From Candidatus Hydrogenedens sp. (GTDB lineage: Bacteria > Hydrogenedentota > Hydrogenedentia > Hydrogenedentales > Hydrogenedentaceae), in the NCBI GenBank assembly GCA_049968235.1, contig JBMFRC010000030.1, forward strand, positions 1-27,333: DNA of 27,333 nt. Direction: 5' to 3'. The notes under the pieces are model-generated. The model searched no databases, was not told the origin of the DNA, and saw nothing but the letters and a program-made list of their open reading frames with translations. This document shows, piece after piece, positions 14,172-23,934 of the stretch (position 1 is its first letter; every line of letters starts with the position of its first letter). A program made the translations under genes and the position numbers.

Positions 14172-14969
14172 ATGAAAAAGAAAGCAGACCCTATCTGGGC
14201 GAGAATTCGTGAAGAAGCACAGGAAGGTATTCAAAAAGAGCCATTGCTTGCAAGTTTTTTGTCATCCACCATATTATCACACAAGACTTTGGAGGATGTA
14301 TTAAGTTTCCATTTGGCAGGGAAATTAGAAAGCATCACTTTGCCCGCGGTGAGTTTACGTGAATTGTTTGACGAAGCCTTCGCAAATGAATCCGGAATTG
14401 GAGAGGCTATTCGTGCGGACTTGATTGCCGTTCATGACCGAGACCCCGCATGCCGGTTATTCTGCCAGCCTTTATTATATTTCAAAGGTTTTCAGGCGTT
14501 GCAATCATATCGAGTTGCTCATTATTACTGGAATAGGGAACGGTTTCATCTGGCTTTATTTTTACAAAGCAGAATGTCAGAGGTGTTCGGGATTGATATA
14601 CATCCTGCTGCAAGAATCGGCAAAGGGATATTGATTGACCATGGAACAGGGGTGGTTATTGGAGAAACCGCTGTAATTGGGAATAATGTATCTTTATTAC
14701 ATGAAGTAACCTTAGGAGGAACGGGGAAAGTTCGTGGAGATAGACATCCCAAGATTGGAGATGGAGTATTAATTGCTGCGGGTGCAAAGATATTAGGAAA
14801 TGTTCATGTAGGGGAAGGTGCAAAAGTTGCTGCATGTGCCGTTGTTCTCAGGGATATTCCTCCTCATACCACAGTTGCGGGAGTACCTGCAAAACCGATT
14901 GGTCCTACTTCTGAAGAGGCTCCAGCCCTTGTTATGGACCAATTCTTTTCCAATGGTGAGGGACTTTAA
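14172..14969 (+). CDS. cysE: Serine O-acetyltransferase (CysE), left-handed beta-helix hexapeptide acyltransferase
   Basis: MKKKADPIWARIREEAQ is the classic CysE N-terminus. Hexapeptide repeats IGETAVIGNNVSLLHEVTLGG...IGDGVLIAAGAKILGNV. The track start 14151 is a TTG; the ATG at 14172 is preferred. Confidence 0.8.
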   Translation: MKKKADPIWARIREEAQEGIQKEPLLASFLSSTILSHKTLEDVLSFHLAGKLESITLPAVSLRELFDEAFANESGIGEAIRADLIAVHDRDPACRLFCQPLLYFKGFQALQSYRVAHYYWNRERFHLALFLQSRMSEVFGIDIHPAARIGKGILIDHGTGVVIGETAVIGNNVSLLHEVTLGGTGKVRGDRHPKIGDGVLIAAGAKILGNVHVGEGAKVAACAVVLRDIPPHTTVAGVPAKPIGPTSEEAPALVMDQFFSNGEGL

Positions 14970-16024
14970 GGAGTTAAGTTCATTGTTTTTAAATCTTCTG
15001 TTAACCATTCCGCAAGATAACTGTAAATAATCGGTTTGGGGTGTCCATCAGGATATTTATGTTCGTTCTTTTTTTCCAATCCATTTAATATTTCTTTTTT
15101 ACTACTGTCTCTAAAATAATCAATAACAATAAATTCTTTTTTCCCCTTTATATAATCATAAATGCCCGGAACTGCCTCCGCAGAACCTGGAAAAAACAGG
15201 AAAACCATTTGAATCTCTGGAAACCGTTTTGAAAGGTTTTCGCGTGTTTTTAGTAATAATAGGTAAAGTAATTCAAACTGGTCTTTTGTAAATTCGGGAG
15301 GGTAATCAATACCCTTTATGTCAAATATCATAGAAATTAAAGTAGATTTATAAAGCATTTCTGAGATAAAGCATGAATAAGGTTTGGTATCAGCAAAGGT
15401 ACCTAAGTTCAAAATTTCACCTTTTCCCATTTCAATATGGGGAAGATATTTGCCCCATCTACCAATGATAGACCATGAGCCGATTAACCTTTTTAAGTGA
15501 CTTCCAATAAAAGTATAGACAACAACAGTAGGAAGTGCTTTTATATCATCTGTAAAATCTGAATTTAATGTGGAGAGATATATTTCTTGAGGAGAATATC
15601 CGGGGACTCCATAGTTATACACTTTACAATGGGGATTTCGCATAGCAAATTGGGATGGTAATGTCTCGTTATCATTGACCTCTGTACCAAAAGTGAACGA
15701 ACAACCTATAAAAAGATAATTTACTTTTTTTTCTGTTTCTGAAGATGAATACGTATTTCTTCTTCCTTTTTTATCTATGGAGTAATTATATGTTACCGAA
15801 GGAAGGGAGCCTTTTTTTATTACTGCGTAGCCTTTTATTCCCGCATTGAGTTTTTTCGGTTTAGTAATATCTGTATGGGTAAGTATAGAAGGGTTTTCCT
15901 GTATAGTCAATTTAAAATATCTATTGTATATGGGTCGTGAAATCATCTCAGAAATAAATAATATACCTATTAAAAATGCACAGCCTAAAAGAAAAGCAAT
16001 TAGATTAGACAAATATTTTTTCAT
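14966..16024 (-). CDS. Membrane-anchored SGNH/GDSL-fold hydrolase-like protein (hypothetical)
   Basis: ORF track. N-terminal TM segment MKKYLSNLIAFLLGCAFLIGILFI. FIGCSFTFG resembles SGNH block I. DGHPKP resembles block V (DGxHP). Its stop overlaps the cysE stop on the opposite strand inside a TTTAA palindrome (14966-14969). Confidence 0.6.
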   Translation of the reverse strand: MKKYLSNLIAFLLGCAFLIGILFISEMISRPIYNRYFKLTIQENPSILTHTDITKPKKLNAGIKGYAVIKKGSLPSVTYNYSIDKKGRRNTYSSSETEKKVNYLFIGCSFTFGTEVNDNETLPSQFAMRNPHCKVYNYGVPGYSPQEIYLSTLNSDFTDDIKALPTVVVYTFIGSHLKRLIGSWSIIGRWGKYLPHIEMGKGEILNLGTFADTKPYSCFISEMLYKSTLISMIFDIKGIDYPPEFTKDQFELLYLLLLKTRENLSKRFPEIQMVFLFFPGSAEAVPGIYDYIKGKKEFIVIDYFRDSSKKEILNGLEKKNEHKYPDGHPKPIIYSYLAEWLTEDLKTMNLTP

Positions 16025-16116
16025 TTCCTATTACCGTATTTTTGCCAATTAAGGAACTGTTTATTATTAGACGGAAGGGTTTTAAAAATGCAAATATCCA
16101 CAGAACAAATAAATAG

Positions 16117-17646
16117 TTAAACCTTGAACACTTCGTGTTCGCCTTTACCTTTGATTGAATCAAGTCGTGGGACAGAGTAGGTCCCCATGAGAAGTTGATC
16201 TAAGGTACTACGGTCTGTTACTGCTTCGCGTGCATGTTCGAGAGTGATTCGTCCCTCTTTATAAAGTTTATGTATATATTGTTCAAAAATAAAGGAATGG
16301 GATACGGTTTGTTGCATGCCCCCACGAATAAGGTCTGTATCTCCAGAAAGAATACCATCGTTAATAGCCTTAATATCGTTATACATAATTTCAAGAGCAG
16401 GTATACGTCCTCCGTTGACCTGAGGGACGAGTCGTTGGCAGATAACACATTTAATACAATCACGCAATTGCAATCGAACAAGGTCTCTTTCTGATGGGTC
16501 AAAGAAACTTACAATTCGATTGACTACTTCCGAAGCGGTATTTGAGTGCAGGGTGCTGATAACTAAATGTCCTGTCGCAGCCGCATTAATTGCAGAACGA
16601 ATGGTATCAGGGTCTCTCATCTCGCCAATAACAATTACGTCTGGATCATGTCGGAGTGCTCCTGTTACGGCGTCATTAAAAGTTAATACATCATCGCCCA
16701 TATTTCTTTGAGATATAACTGATTTCTTATTAATATGAACATATTCAATAGGATTTTCAATAGTTAAAATATGGTATGATTTATGCGTATTTATCCAATC
16801 AATGATTGCAGCAACAGTAGTTGTCTTTCCGCTACCCGTCATTCCTGTAACCAGCACAAGTCCGTGATTAATATCGGCTATTTCCAACATTGTGTTCTTA
16901 GGAATATTTAACTCTTCAAAAGAGGGAATTTTTTCAGGTAGAAATCGGAAAGTGCAATGGGGAGCCCCCATTTTATAGAAAGCAGATACTCGAGCATATC
17001 CCAGTCCTGCTTGATGATAGCTAAAACTGGTCTGGTTGGTCTTTTCCAATTCTTCACGATAGCGGTCCGGAACAATTTGGCGAATGAGGTCTAATATCTG
17101 AATGGCTGAAAGTGGTCCCATCAATTCAGAGTGTTTCATGTCACCGTCAACACGAAATAAAGGACATTCCCCGGGGGATAGATGCACATCACTTGCTTTG
17201 TATTGTATCATCGCTTGAAACAAAAGTTCTGGGCTAATTCTATCAATACGATAACGGTCACCTCGAACTTTCCATACTTCCGGGATTGTTAGGCATTGAC
17301 AGACTTTATCAATGGTTGTAAAAACTTTAGGAAGAAGATTGGGAGGTATTCCCTCCTGAGTAGAAACAATGAGCCATTCCTGCTGTCGTTCTGCATTACA
17401 TACATCTGCATTCTCTTTAACAACCTTTAAAATTCTATTTAAACATGCTTCCGGAACACGCATACGGAGTATCCATCGAATATAATCCCCATGAAAATCA
17501 TCTCGTTCCGCCTCAAATTCCATATTACTTGCTCGTGCAAGTATAAAACGAGGTATGCCTTCTTTTAATCGAATTTGCTCTTCTATTGTTTTAACAATGG
17601 CACGCACAGTAGGTGTTTGTCCTGTTCCAATAATAAACTCAGCCAT
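16117..17646 (-). CDS. PilT/PilU-family type IV pilus retraction-type ATPase with a ~135-aa N-terminal extension
   Basis: ORF track. Walker A GMTGSGKTTT. PilT-like N-domain SPELLFQAMIQYKASDVHLSPGECPLFRVDGDM. IVIGEMRD and ISTLHSNTASE blocks. An AAAGGGA Shine-Dalgarno-like sequence lies 7 nt before the ATG at 17646. Confidence 0.8.
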   Translation of the reverse strand: MAEFIIGTGQTPTVRAIVKTIEEQIRLKEGIPRFILARASNMEFEAERDDFHGDYIRWILRMRVPEACLNRILKVVKENADVCNAERQQEWLIVSTQEGIPPNLLPKVFTTIDKVCQCLTIPEVWKVRGDRYRIDRISPELLFQAMIQYKASDVHLSPGECPLFRVDGDMKHSELMGPLSAIQILDLIRQIVPDRYREELEKTNQTSFSYHQAGLGYARVSAFYKMGAPHCTFRFLPEKIPSFEELNIPKNTMLEIADINHGLVLVTGMTGSGKTTTVAAIIDWINTHKSYHILTIENPIEYVHINKKSVISQRNMGDDVLTFNDAVTGALRHDPDVIVIGEMRDPDTIRSAINAAATGHLVISTLHSNTASEVVNRIVSFFDPSERDLVRLQLRDCIKCVICQRLVPQVNGGRIPALEIMYNDIKAINDGILSGDTDLIRGGMQQTVSHSFIFEQYIHKLYKEGRITLEHAREAVTDRSTLDQLLMGTYSVPRLDSIKGKGEHEVFKV

Positions 17647-17980
17647 AATTTATTCCCTTTTTGTATCGCTCTATTTTGTATTTTCTCGCAATATCTTATT
17701 AGGAATAATACATTATTATAATATGTATGTCAATTTTTTATGTAAATTCTAAGAATTTATGGATTGAAATTGAAAGGTCAACGAGAAACAATTTTATAAA
17801 TAGAAAGATAAAATAACAACCGGAAATAAAGATAAATAGTTTCATATTTGCATTGGAATATTTAAAATATTTATAATTATATTCCTATAAATTAATAAAA
17901 AATTTTTGCTGGGGGAGAGAAAAGTTTATTTATTATGTAAACAAATATTAATTAAATTGTAAAAGGTAAAGGAGTTATCC

Positions 17981-18139
17981 GTGAAAAGGACTTACCAACC
18001 ATCGAATACCCGTAGATTGCGGACGCACGGTTTTCGTGCAAGAATGGCTACCCGCTGGGGAAGAGCTGTATTAAGTGCACGTCGGAGAAAAGGTCGTAAA
18101 TATTTAACGGTTTCAGACCGAGTTGAGAAGAAATATTAA
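17981..18139 (+). CDS. rpmH: 50S ribosomal protein L34
   Basis: Not in the ORF track because it is short. GTG start with an AAAGGAG Shine-Dalgarno at 17967-17973. Translation [44 protein letters not shown]... is the canonical L34 sequence. TAA at 18137-18139. Confidence 0.85.
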   Translation: MKRTYQPSNTRRLRTHGFRARMATRWGRAVLSARRRKGRKYLTVSDRVEKKY

Positions 18140-18171
18140 CAAAAAATTTTTATGGAGGGTAAGAATACTTT

Positions 18172-18528
18172 GTGCCCGGAAAATATGGCTTTCCTAAAGA
18201 ATATCGCCTTCGAAAGAAGAAGGAATTTGAAGATGTTTTCCAGAAGGGAAAGCGTATTACCGGGGAAGGAATGGTTTGCTATTGGTTTTCTGATGAACAG
18301 ATGGGTAACAAATTGGGGATAGTAGTATCCCGAAAGGTAGGACAGTCGGTGAAAAGGAATCGAATTAAAAGATATGTTCGGGAATTTTATAGGTTAAACC
18401 GACCTCATTTTCGTGAGAATGGTGTTTTGGTTGTTGTTGCCCGTGTAGGACTGTCCGAATGGAATCATCAACAGATTGATGCCGAATTGGCAAGGTTACT
18501 TAAAACCGGGGGAATACTCAATGGCTAA
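18172..18528 (+). CDS. rnpA: Ribonuclease P protein component
   Basis: ORF track. Basic protein with the NRIKRYVREFYR block typical of RnpA. Immediately downstream of rpmH, the conserved order. Confidence 0.8.
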   Translation: MPGKYGFPKEYRLRKKKEFEDVFQKGKRITGEGMVCYWFSDEQMGNKLGIVVSRKVGQSVKRNRIKRYVREFYRLNRPHFRENGVLVVVARVGLSEWNHQQIDAELARLLKTGGILNG

Positions 18529-18784
18529 GGTTGCTATTTTGATTATTACAGCCTATCAAAAAGGAATCTCCCCCTGGTTAGGACAGCATTGTCGATTTTA
18601 TCCAAGTTGTTCTAACTATGCTATTGAGTCATTCCAGAGGCATGGGTTTCTTAAAGGTCTCGTTTTGACCTTTTGGCGTATTTTAAGATGTCAGCCCTTT
18701 TGTAAAGGAGGGTATGACCCGGTACCTATGAAATTCCCTGCCCATAAATCGCATCACTCATGTAATGACACCCTTATGAAGTAA
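18521..18784 (+). CDS. yidD: Membrane protein insertion efficiency factor YidD
   Basis: MAKVAILIITAYQKGISPWLGQHCRFYPSCSNYAIESFQRHGFLKG matches the YidD/DUF37 signature. The ATG at 18521 overlaps the rnpA TAA (ATGGCTAA). The track start 18476 lies inside rnpA and is rejected. Confidence 0.8.
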   Translation: MAKVAILIITAYQKGISPWLGQHCRFYPSCSNYAIESFQRHGFLKGLVLTFWRILRCQPFCKGGYDPVPMKFPAHKSHHSCNDTLMK

Positions 18785-18880
18785 ATCACTTATATCGGAT
18801 TCATCAGAAGCAATTAGCAAAACCCTCCACAAAAATTAAAGTCTTATATTCTCTTATATTCATAGAATGGAGATAAATTC

Positions 18881-20818
18881 GTGTTTGGTGACGATGACAA
18901 TAAAAAAGTTTTTCGGGACCAGGTAATAGGGCTATTGTTAATTACCGGTATTGTGATTATTTGGAGTTATTTTTTTATTCCTTCACCGCCTCAAAAAACA
19001 GTAAAAGATAATGGAAATATTGCGGTTAATGAAACAAACAAACAAATTTCAGAAAATACAGCGCCCCTTCAATCTTCGGAAAAAACAATTCCCATAAAAA
19101 AAGAGGACACAGAAAAAGAAGAGAAGCAACAATTATTAGAAATGGGGATAGTTTTCCCTCCAGAACCCGAAATTACGAATGAAGAAGAAAATCATGTAAC
19201 TTTATCCGGAGAAAATATGGATATTGTTTTTACACGAATTGGGGCACGGGTAAAGTATCTGAATATTTATTTAAAACCCAATCGAACAGATAAAGTGCAG
19301 ATTGTCCCTATATGGAAGAACACACCTGATAAAGATGCGGTTTATCCGTTTGGACTTCGTTTCCATGACCATCCCCTTGATGATGAATTAGATTCAAAAC
19401 GCTGGGATGTGCAGATTAATGAAACCGAGCATACCGCTTCTTTTTCTTATACAATACCTAATTTCCTACGGATAGATAAAATATTTTCATTTGGAGATTC
19501 TCCTTTCGTTGTCGATGTAAGGATAAAAATTACAAATCTATCCTCAACTGTTTTTCCCAAGAATTTACAAAATAGAGTTGACCCGGTCCTCTCTTTGAGT
19601 TGGGGTCCTAATGTAAATTCGGGGGATAATAATAAAGGCATTGTGCAGACCGTAATTTTTGAACGCAAAGGGGAACTTTTAAGGTATGTAACATCAAAAT
19701 TTAAACCAAAACCCAATCCGAAGGAGTTTTTGGAACGAACATTTGATGTAAGATGGTCTGCCATTCGAAGCGCCTATTTTGTGATTGCACTAAAACCAGA
19801 ATTTAATATGGCACAGGGGTGGATTACAGGCGGTCCAAAACATTTCCGGGTAGGAATCGGTGTAACACAATGTCAGATTGACCCTCATGAAACACAGGAG
19901 TTTCTTATAAGGTCATATGTGGGACCGAACAGAGGTCCTTTACTCGCTAAGGCATGGTCAGGATTGGAACAGGTTTGGGAATTTTTTACATCTGTAAAGA
20001 TAATGGATAAGTTTGCAAAATTGTTGCTTGCCATATTGAACTTTTTTTATGAGTGGACCATTCCTAATTATGGTGTGGCTATTATTTTATTGACTATTTT
20101 AGTTCGCCTTGTTGTTTTTCCACTCACATGGAAAAGTATGGTTAGCATGAAAAAAATGCAGAAACTTGCCCCAGAGATAGAAAAGTTAAAAGCAGAAGTA
20201 GGAGATAACCAGCAAGAACTACAAAAAAGGATGATGGAATTATATCGGGAACGAGGAGTTAATCCTTTAGGAGGGTGTTTACCGTTATTCTTACAGTTGC
20301 CTGTATTTATAGCACTGTATCGAATGCTCTGGAGTGCAGTCGAATTACGAGGTGCAGAGTTTATATTTTGGATGAAAGATATGTCACAGCCTGACCGTTT
20401 AGTTAATCTTCCTTTTTCCATTCCGTTTCCTTTTAGTGGTGGAAATCTGGAAAGTATTAATTTGCTCCCCATTTTGATGGGTATTTCTATGTATGTTAGC
20501 CAGAAATTAACACCGGGTGCCTCTGCTGTGCAAACACCACAACAGCGAATTATGATGAATATTATGCCTATATTCTTCACCCTCATATGTTATAACATGG
20601 CTTCAGGTTTGAGTTTGTATATTTTAGTGAGTACCTTATTAGGAATTGCCCAGAACTATATAGTTCCTATGAAAGATGTGGATATTACACCGCGTAAAGT
20701 AGCCACGACACGAAGACATTTTTATACCGTAGCACAAGAAAAGAAACGACAATGGACAAAAGAACTTCGTCGTGAACGAAAACTGAAACAAAGAAAAACA
20801 AATGAGGATGAAGAGTAA
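18881..20818 (+). CDS. yidC: Membrane protein insertase YidC (long periplasmic N-domain, basic C-terminal tail)
   Basis: ORF track. GTG start with a GGAGA Shine-Dalgarno. The conserved YidC core is YGVAIILLTILVRLVVFPLTWKSMVSMKKMQKLAPEIEKLKAEVGDNQQELQKRMMELYRERGVNPLGGCLPLFLQLPVFIALY. C-tail is RRHFYTVAQEKKRQWTKELRRERKLKQRK. Confidence 0.9.
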   Translation: MFGDDDNKKVFRDQVIGLLLITGIVIIWSYFFIPSPPQKTVKDNGNIAVNETNKQISENTAPLQSSEKTIPIKKEDTEKEEKQQLLEMGIVFPPEPEITNEEENHVTLSGENMDIVFTRIGARVKYLNIYLKPNRTDKVQIVPIWKNTPDKDAVYPFGLRFHDHPLDDELDSKRWDVQINETEHTASFSYTIPNFLRIDKIFSFGDSPFVVDVRIKITNLSSTVFPKNLQNRVDPVLSLSWGPNVNSGDNNKGIVQTVIFERKGELLRYVTSKFKPKPNPKEFLERTFDVRWSAIRSAYFVIALKPEFNMAQGWITGGPKHFRVGIGVTQCQIDPHETQEFLIRSYVGPNRGPLLAKAWSGLEQVWEFFTSVKIMDKFAKLLLAILNFFYEWTIPNYGVAIILLTILVRLVVFPLTWKSMVSMKKMQKLAPEIEKLKAEVGDNQQELQKRMMELYRERGVNPLGGCLPLFLQLPVFIALYRMLWSAVELRGAEFIFWMKDMSQPDRLVNLPFSIPFPFSGGNLESINLLPILMGISMYVSQKLTPGASAVQTPQQRIMMNIMPIFFTLICYNMASGLSLYILVSTLLGIAQNYIVPMKDVDITPRKVATTRRHFYTVAQEKKRQWTKELRRERKLKQRKTNEDEE

Positions 20819-20885
20819 TATATAAAAATGCACAAAACTTATAATAAAATCCAAAACATGTTACAATTATAATGGAGATGGTGAT

Positions 20886-22013
20886 ATGAAACAGATAGAA
20901 ACCGTCGGAGCAACACGAGAGGAAGCCATTCAAAAGGCTCTTGAAGAGTTAGGGGTTGAAATGGCTGATGTATCGAACATCGAAGTGATTGATGAGGGTA
21001 GTAAAGGATTCCTGGGACTGGGTTCACGACCGGTAAAGGTTCGTGTTACAGTTGAAAAATCCATACCACAAGACCATCAAAAGCTACAAAAGCATACAGA
21101 TGAGAAAGGTAGTAAACATACTCCGGCCAAAAGCAAGGAGAGGGTGCTACCTAAACCTACAAAAGGAAAAGGTAAAGAATTTGAGAAAAATTATGCTCAG
21201 ATGGAATCAGGCAGTATTTCTGAAGAAAACAGTAAACATAACACGAGACAGGAGAGAAAAAATATGATGACAGAACAGCCCCCACAAGAAGAGAATAAGA
21301 ATGTGCAGGAAAAAGAAATGAAAGTAACTATTACAGATGCCCAAGGTAATGAAGCATCAGCCCTCTTAAATGAAATGCTCAAAAAAATGGGGGTTGAAGC
21401 ATCTGTGAAGTTTGTTCGGACAGACGATGGCATCCCAAAATTGGAAATTGAATCGCAAGACGGCGCTTTGTTAATCGGGAAAAAAGGTTCTCACCTTGAA
21501 ACCTTACAATTTCTTATCAACCGTATGTTCTTTGGAATTGAAGAAGGAGATTCCATCGAAAAATTTGTTGTAGATACAGAAAATTACCTGGCACGCAGAA
21601 AAGAAACCTTACAACAAATGGCTTTAGATTTCGCCGAGCGAGCAAGAAAAACAGGAAGAAAAATGAAATTATCTCCTATGCCTTCTCATGAACGAAGAGT
21701 TATACACATGACATTACAGAACGACCATTCGGTTGAAACTTTCAGTATAGGTAAAGGGGACAATCGTTGCGTGGTGATTGCACCTAAAAATCGTCATTTT
21801 GATAGACGACCCCGGGATAATCGAGACCGCAGAGACCATAGAGGTTATAGAGATACAAGAGACCGTAGAGACAGATACCCCAATAATCGTTATTCCAGCA
21901 AACCGCAAAATAGAAGAAGTGGTGGCAGAGACTATAGACCCGATTGGAAACGGGGAAGACCCAACCGTTCTCCCTATGGTGATGATATTGAACCCGGCCA
22001 GGTATCGGAATAA
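20886..22013 (+). CDS. jag: Jag/KhpB-family RNA-binding protein (Jag_N, KH and R3H domains) with a K/E-rich internal insert and an R/D-repeat C-terminal tail
   Basis: ORF track. Jag_N block MKQIETVGATREEAIQKALEELGVEMADVSNIEVIDEGSKGFLGLGSRPVKVRV. R3H-like RRVIHMTLQNDHSVETFSIGKGDNRCVVIAPK. Tail DRRPRDNRDRRDHRGYRDTRDRRDRY. Conserved position between yidC and mnmE. Confidence 0.8.
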   Translation: MKQIETVGATREEAIQKALEELGVEMADVSNIEVIDEGSKGFLGLGSRPVKVRVTVEKSIPQDHQKLQKHTDEKGSKHTPAKSKERVLPKPTKGKGKEFEKNYAQMESGSISEENSKHNTRQERKNMMTEQPPQEENKNVQEKEMKVTITDAQGNEASALLNEMLKKMGVEASVKFVRTDDGIPKLEIESQDGALLIGKKGSHLETLQFLINRMFFGIEEGDSIEKFVVDTENYLARRKETLQQMALDFAERARKTGRKMKLSPMPSHERRVIHMTLQNDHSVETFSIGKGDNRCVVIAPKNRHFDRRPRDNRDRRDHRGYRDTRDRRDRYPNNRYSSKPQNRRSGGRDYRPDWKRGRPNRSPYGDDIEPGQVSE

Positions 22014-22050
22014 TACATAAAAACTAATTTATTTCTTAAGGAAAAGAATA

Positions 22051-23433
22051 ATGGGGTGCAAATCAAGGGATGATACAATTACCGCAATTTGCACCCCCCC
22101 GGGTGTGGGTGCGATAGGGGTGATTCGTGTCAGTGGACCGGATGCAATACATGTTGTATCTTCTATTGCTCGGTCAAGAGCAGGACAGAATATAACTATG
22201 AAAAAACGAGGATTATATTATGGATATATTGTAGATGAAAATGAGAAAATCCTTGACGATGTGATTCTATTAACAATGAAATCCCCGCATTCCTATACAG
22301 GAGAAGATGTCGTCGAAATCCATGCACATGGAAATATGTTGATTTTAAGGGGAATTATTGATTTACTTCTAAAAAAGGGGGTTAGAATTGCAGAACCGGG
22401 CGAATTTACAAAACGTGCTTTCTTAAATGGAAAAATAGACCTCACACAGGCAGAAGGTGTTATAGACCAAATTACGGCAAAGACGAAGAAATCTTTGGAA
22501 CTCTCACGGGAAATCCTTGAAGGACACCTTTCAAAAAAGATTTATGAATATTCAGAACATATTAAAACAATATTAGCATGGGTGGAAGCAGTTATAGATT
22601 TTCCTGAAGAAGAAATCCCGGACAAATTATGGCAACAGTCATTGGCCTACCTGCAGGAAATCCTTATAAGTATGAAACGATTATTGTCAACCTCTGAAAG
22701 AGGCAAAATCTTAAGGGAAGGAGTTATTACTGCTATAGCAGGCAAACCGAATGTAGGAAAATCAAGTTTATTTAATGCCCTACTACAAGAAAACCGTGCC
22801 ATCGTTTCTCCATATCCTGGGACAACACGCGACCATCTGGAAGAATATGCATCCTTAGGTGGGGTCCCGGTCCGATTAATCGACACCGCTGGTTTAAGAG
22901 ATGTAACCGAACCTGTTGAGAAAGAGGGTATTGAGCGAGCATGGAAAGCCATTGAAAATGCACATATTATTTTATTTGTCATTGACGCTACAAATATAAA
23001 CAAAGAAGATATTCAATTATATCTGTCCTTAAAGAAAAACACAAATAAAATACTATTGCTAATAGTGAACAAGACCGATTTAAATAAAAACCCCGACATA
23101 CCTCCTTTATTGACAGAAGATGTAAAAAGTATTATTTACACTTCCGCCAAAACAGGCGAAGGATTGGACACACTGGAGAAAGAAATAGTTACGAATCTTT
23201 TAGGAGAGCAAGAAATATCCGGAGATATAATTCTTACCCGTGAACACCAAAAAGATAGTCTGTTAAGGGCATATAAATGTATCCAGAATTGTATCCACCA
23301 AAAAGAATTATCCCCAGAACTAATAGCATTTGAACTACGCGAAGCTCTTCACGCATTAGGAGAAATCACTGGAGAAACCGCCCCGGAAGAACTGTTAGAT
23401 ATAATCTTCTCCTCCTTCTGCATAGGAAAATAA
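22051..23433 (+). CDS. mnmE: tRNA modification GTPase MnmE (TrmE)
   Basis: ORF track. N-terminus DTITAICTPPGVGAIGVIRVSG. G-domain GKPNVGKSSLFNAL...DTAGLR...NKTD. Canonical C-terminal CIGK. Confidence 0.9.
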   Translation: MGCKSRDDTITAICTPPGVGAIGVIRVSGPDAIHVVSSIARSRAGQNITMKKRGLYYGYIVDENEKILDDVILLTMKSPHSYTGEDVVEIHAHGNMLILRGIIDLLLKKGVRIAEPGEFTKRAFLNGKIDLTQAEGVIDQITAKTKKSLELSREILEGHLSKKIYEYSEHIKTILAWVEAVIDFPEEEIPDKLWQQSLAYLQEILISMKRLLSTSERGKILREGVITAIAGKPNVGKSSLFNALLQENRAIVSPYPGTTRDHLEEYASLGGVPVRLIDTAGLRDVTEPVEKEGIERAWKAIENAHIILFVIDATNINKEDIQLYLSLKKNTNKILLLIVNKTDLNKNPDIPPLLTEDVKSIIYTSAKTGEGLDTLEKEIVTNLLGEQEISGDIILTREHQKDSLLRAYKCIQNCIHQKELSPELIAFELREALHALGEITGETAPEELLDIIFSSFCIGK

Positions 23434-23934
23434 AATCAGAATAAATGTGCTTTATAGTCATGGTCTCTTTTCAAACATTATACCGTATGCCTCGCAGGTA
23501 AACAGTGGTATTATAACCTTCGGCGATATTTCTCCACCATATTACTACCCCCTGTATTGCTTACCGCTTGAAATTATCTACAAATTTTTTAATATCAATA
23601 GGATGTAAGGAATGTTGTAATAAGTATAAGTATATGTGGATAGGAAATAGTTTAAAACGGATAATGTTAGAAAGTCAAGAGAAATCTATGCCTGGAATTA
23701 AGTATCACCCGTTATTCCATCAATTTACACCCTCTCGATACCTGAAGAATACCAATGAGCGATTTTATTTTAACTGGTGGGCCATACAAAATTTTGATGA
23801 AGTCGAAATTTGGTTAGTAAAGTGCCCCGCATAGCCTATCCTTATGTACATAAAACGAAGTAAAGGTAATGCACAAAGTGCCGTATAGTTTGAAATGAAA
23901 ACCTACCACACACTATGTTGTTACTGTATTTTTC

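Noticed and set aside
17647-17980. oriC with DnaA boxes next to rpmH
   Set aside because: Only degenerate box-like sites with two or more mismatches to TTATCCACA. dnaA is not adjacent; a pilT-like gene is. Not supportable without a skew analysis.
18476-18520. Upstream start (18476) for yidD and TTG start (14151) for cysE, ATG 11920 for the first dehydrogenase
   Set aside because: The extensions overlap the preceding gene (yidD), use a weak TTG with no Shine-Dalgarno (cysE), or add a non-conserved 21-aa leader (dehydrogenase). Internal ATGs at 18521, 14172 and 11984 begin exactly at the conserved N-termini.
23568-23834. 88-aa ORF between mnmE and the helicase gene
   Set aside because: No Shine-Dalgarno-like sequence and a Cys/Lys/Asn-rich odd composition with no recognisable motif. 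It lies in the junction between core and AT-rich segment and is more likely non-coding junk or an island boundary. I also scanned 23434-23934 for tRNA T-loop signatures (GGTTCGAATCC and its complement) and found none.
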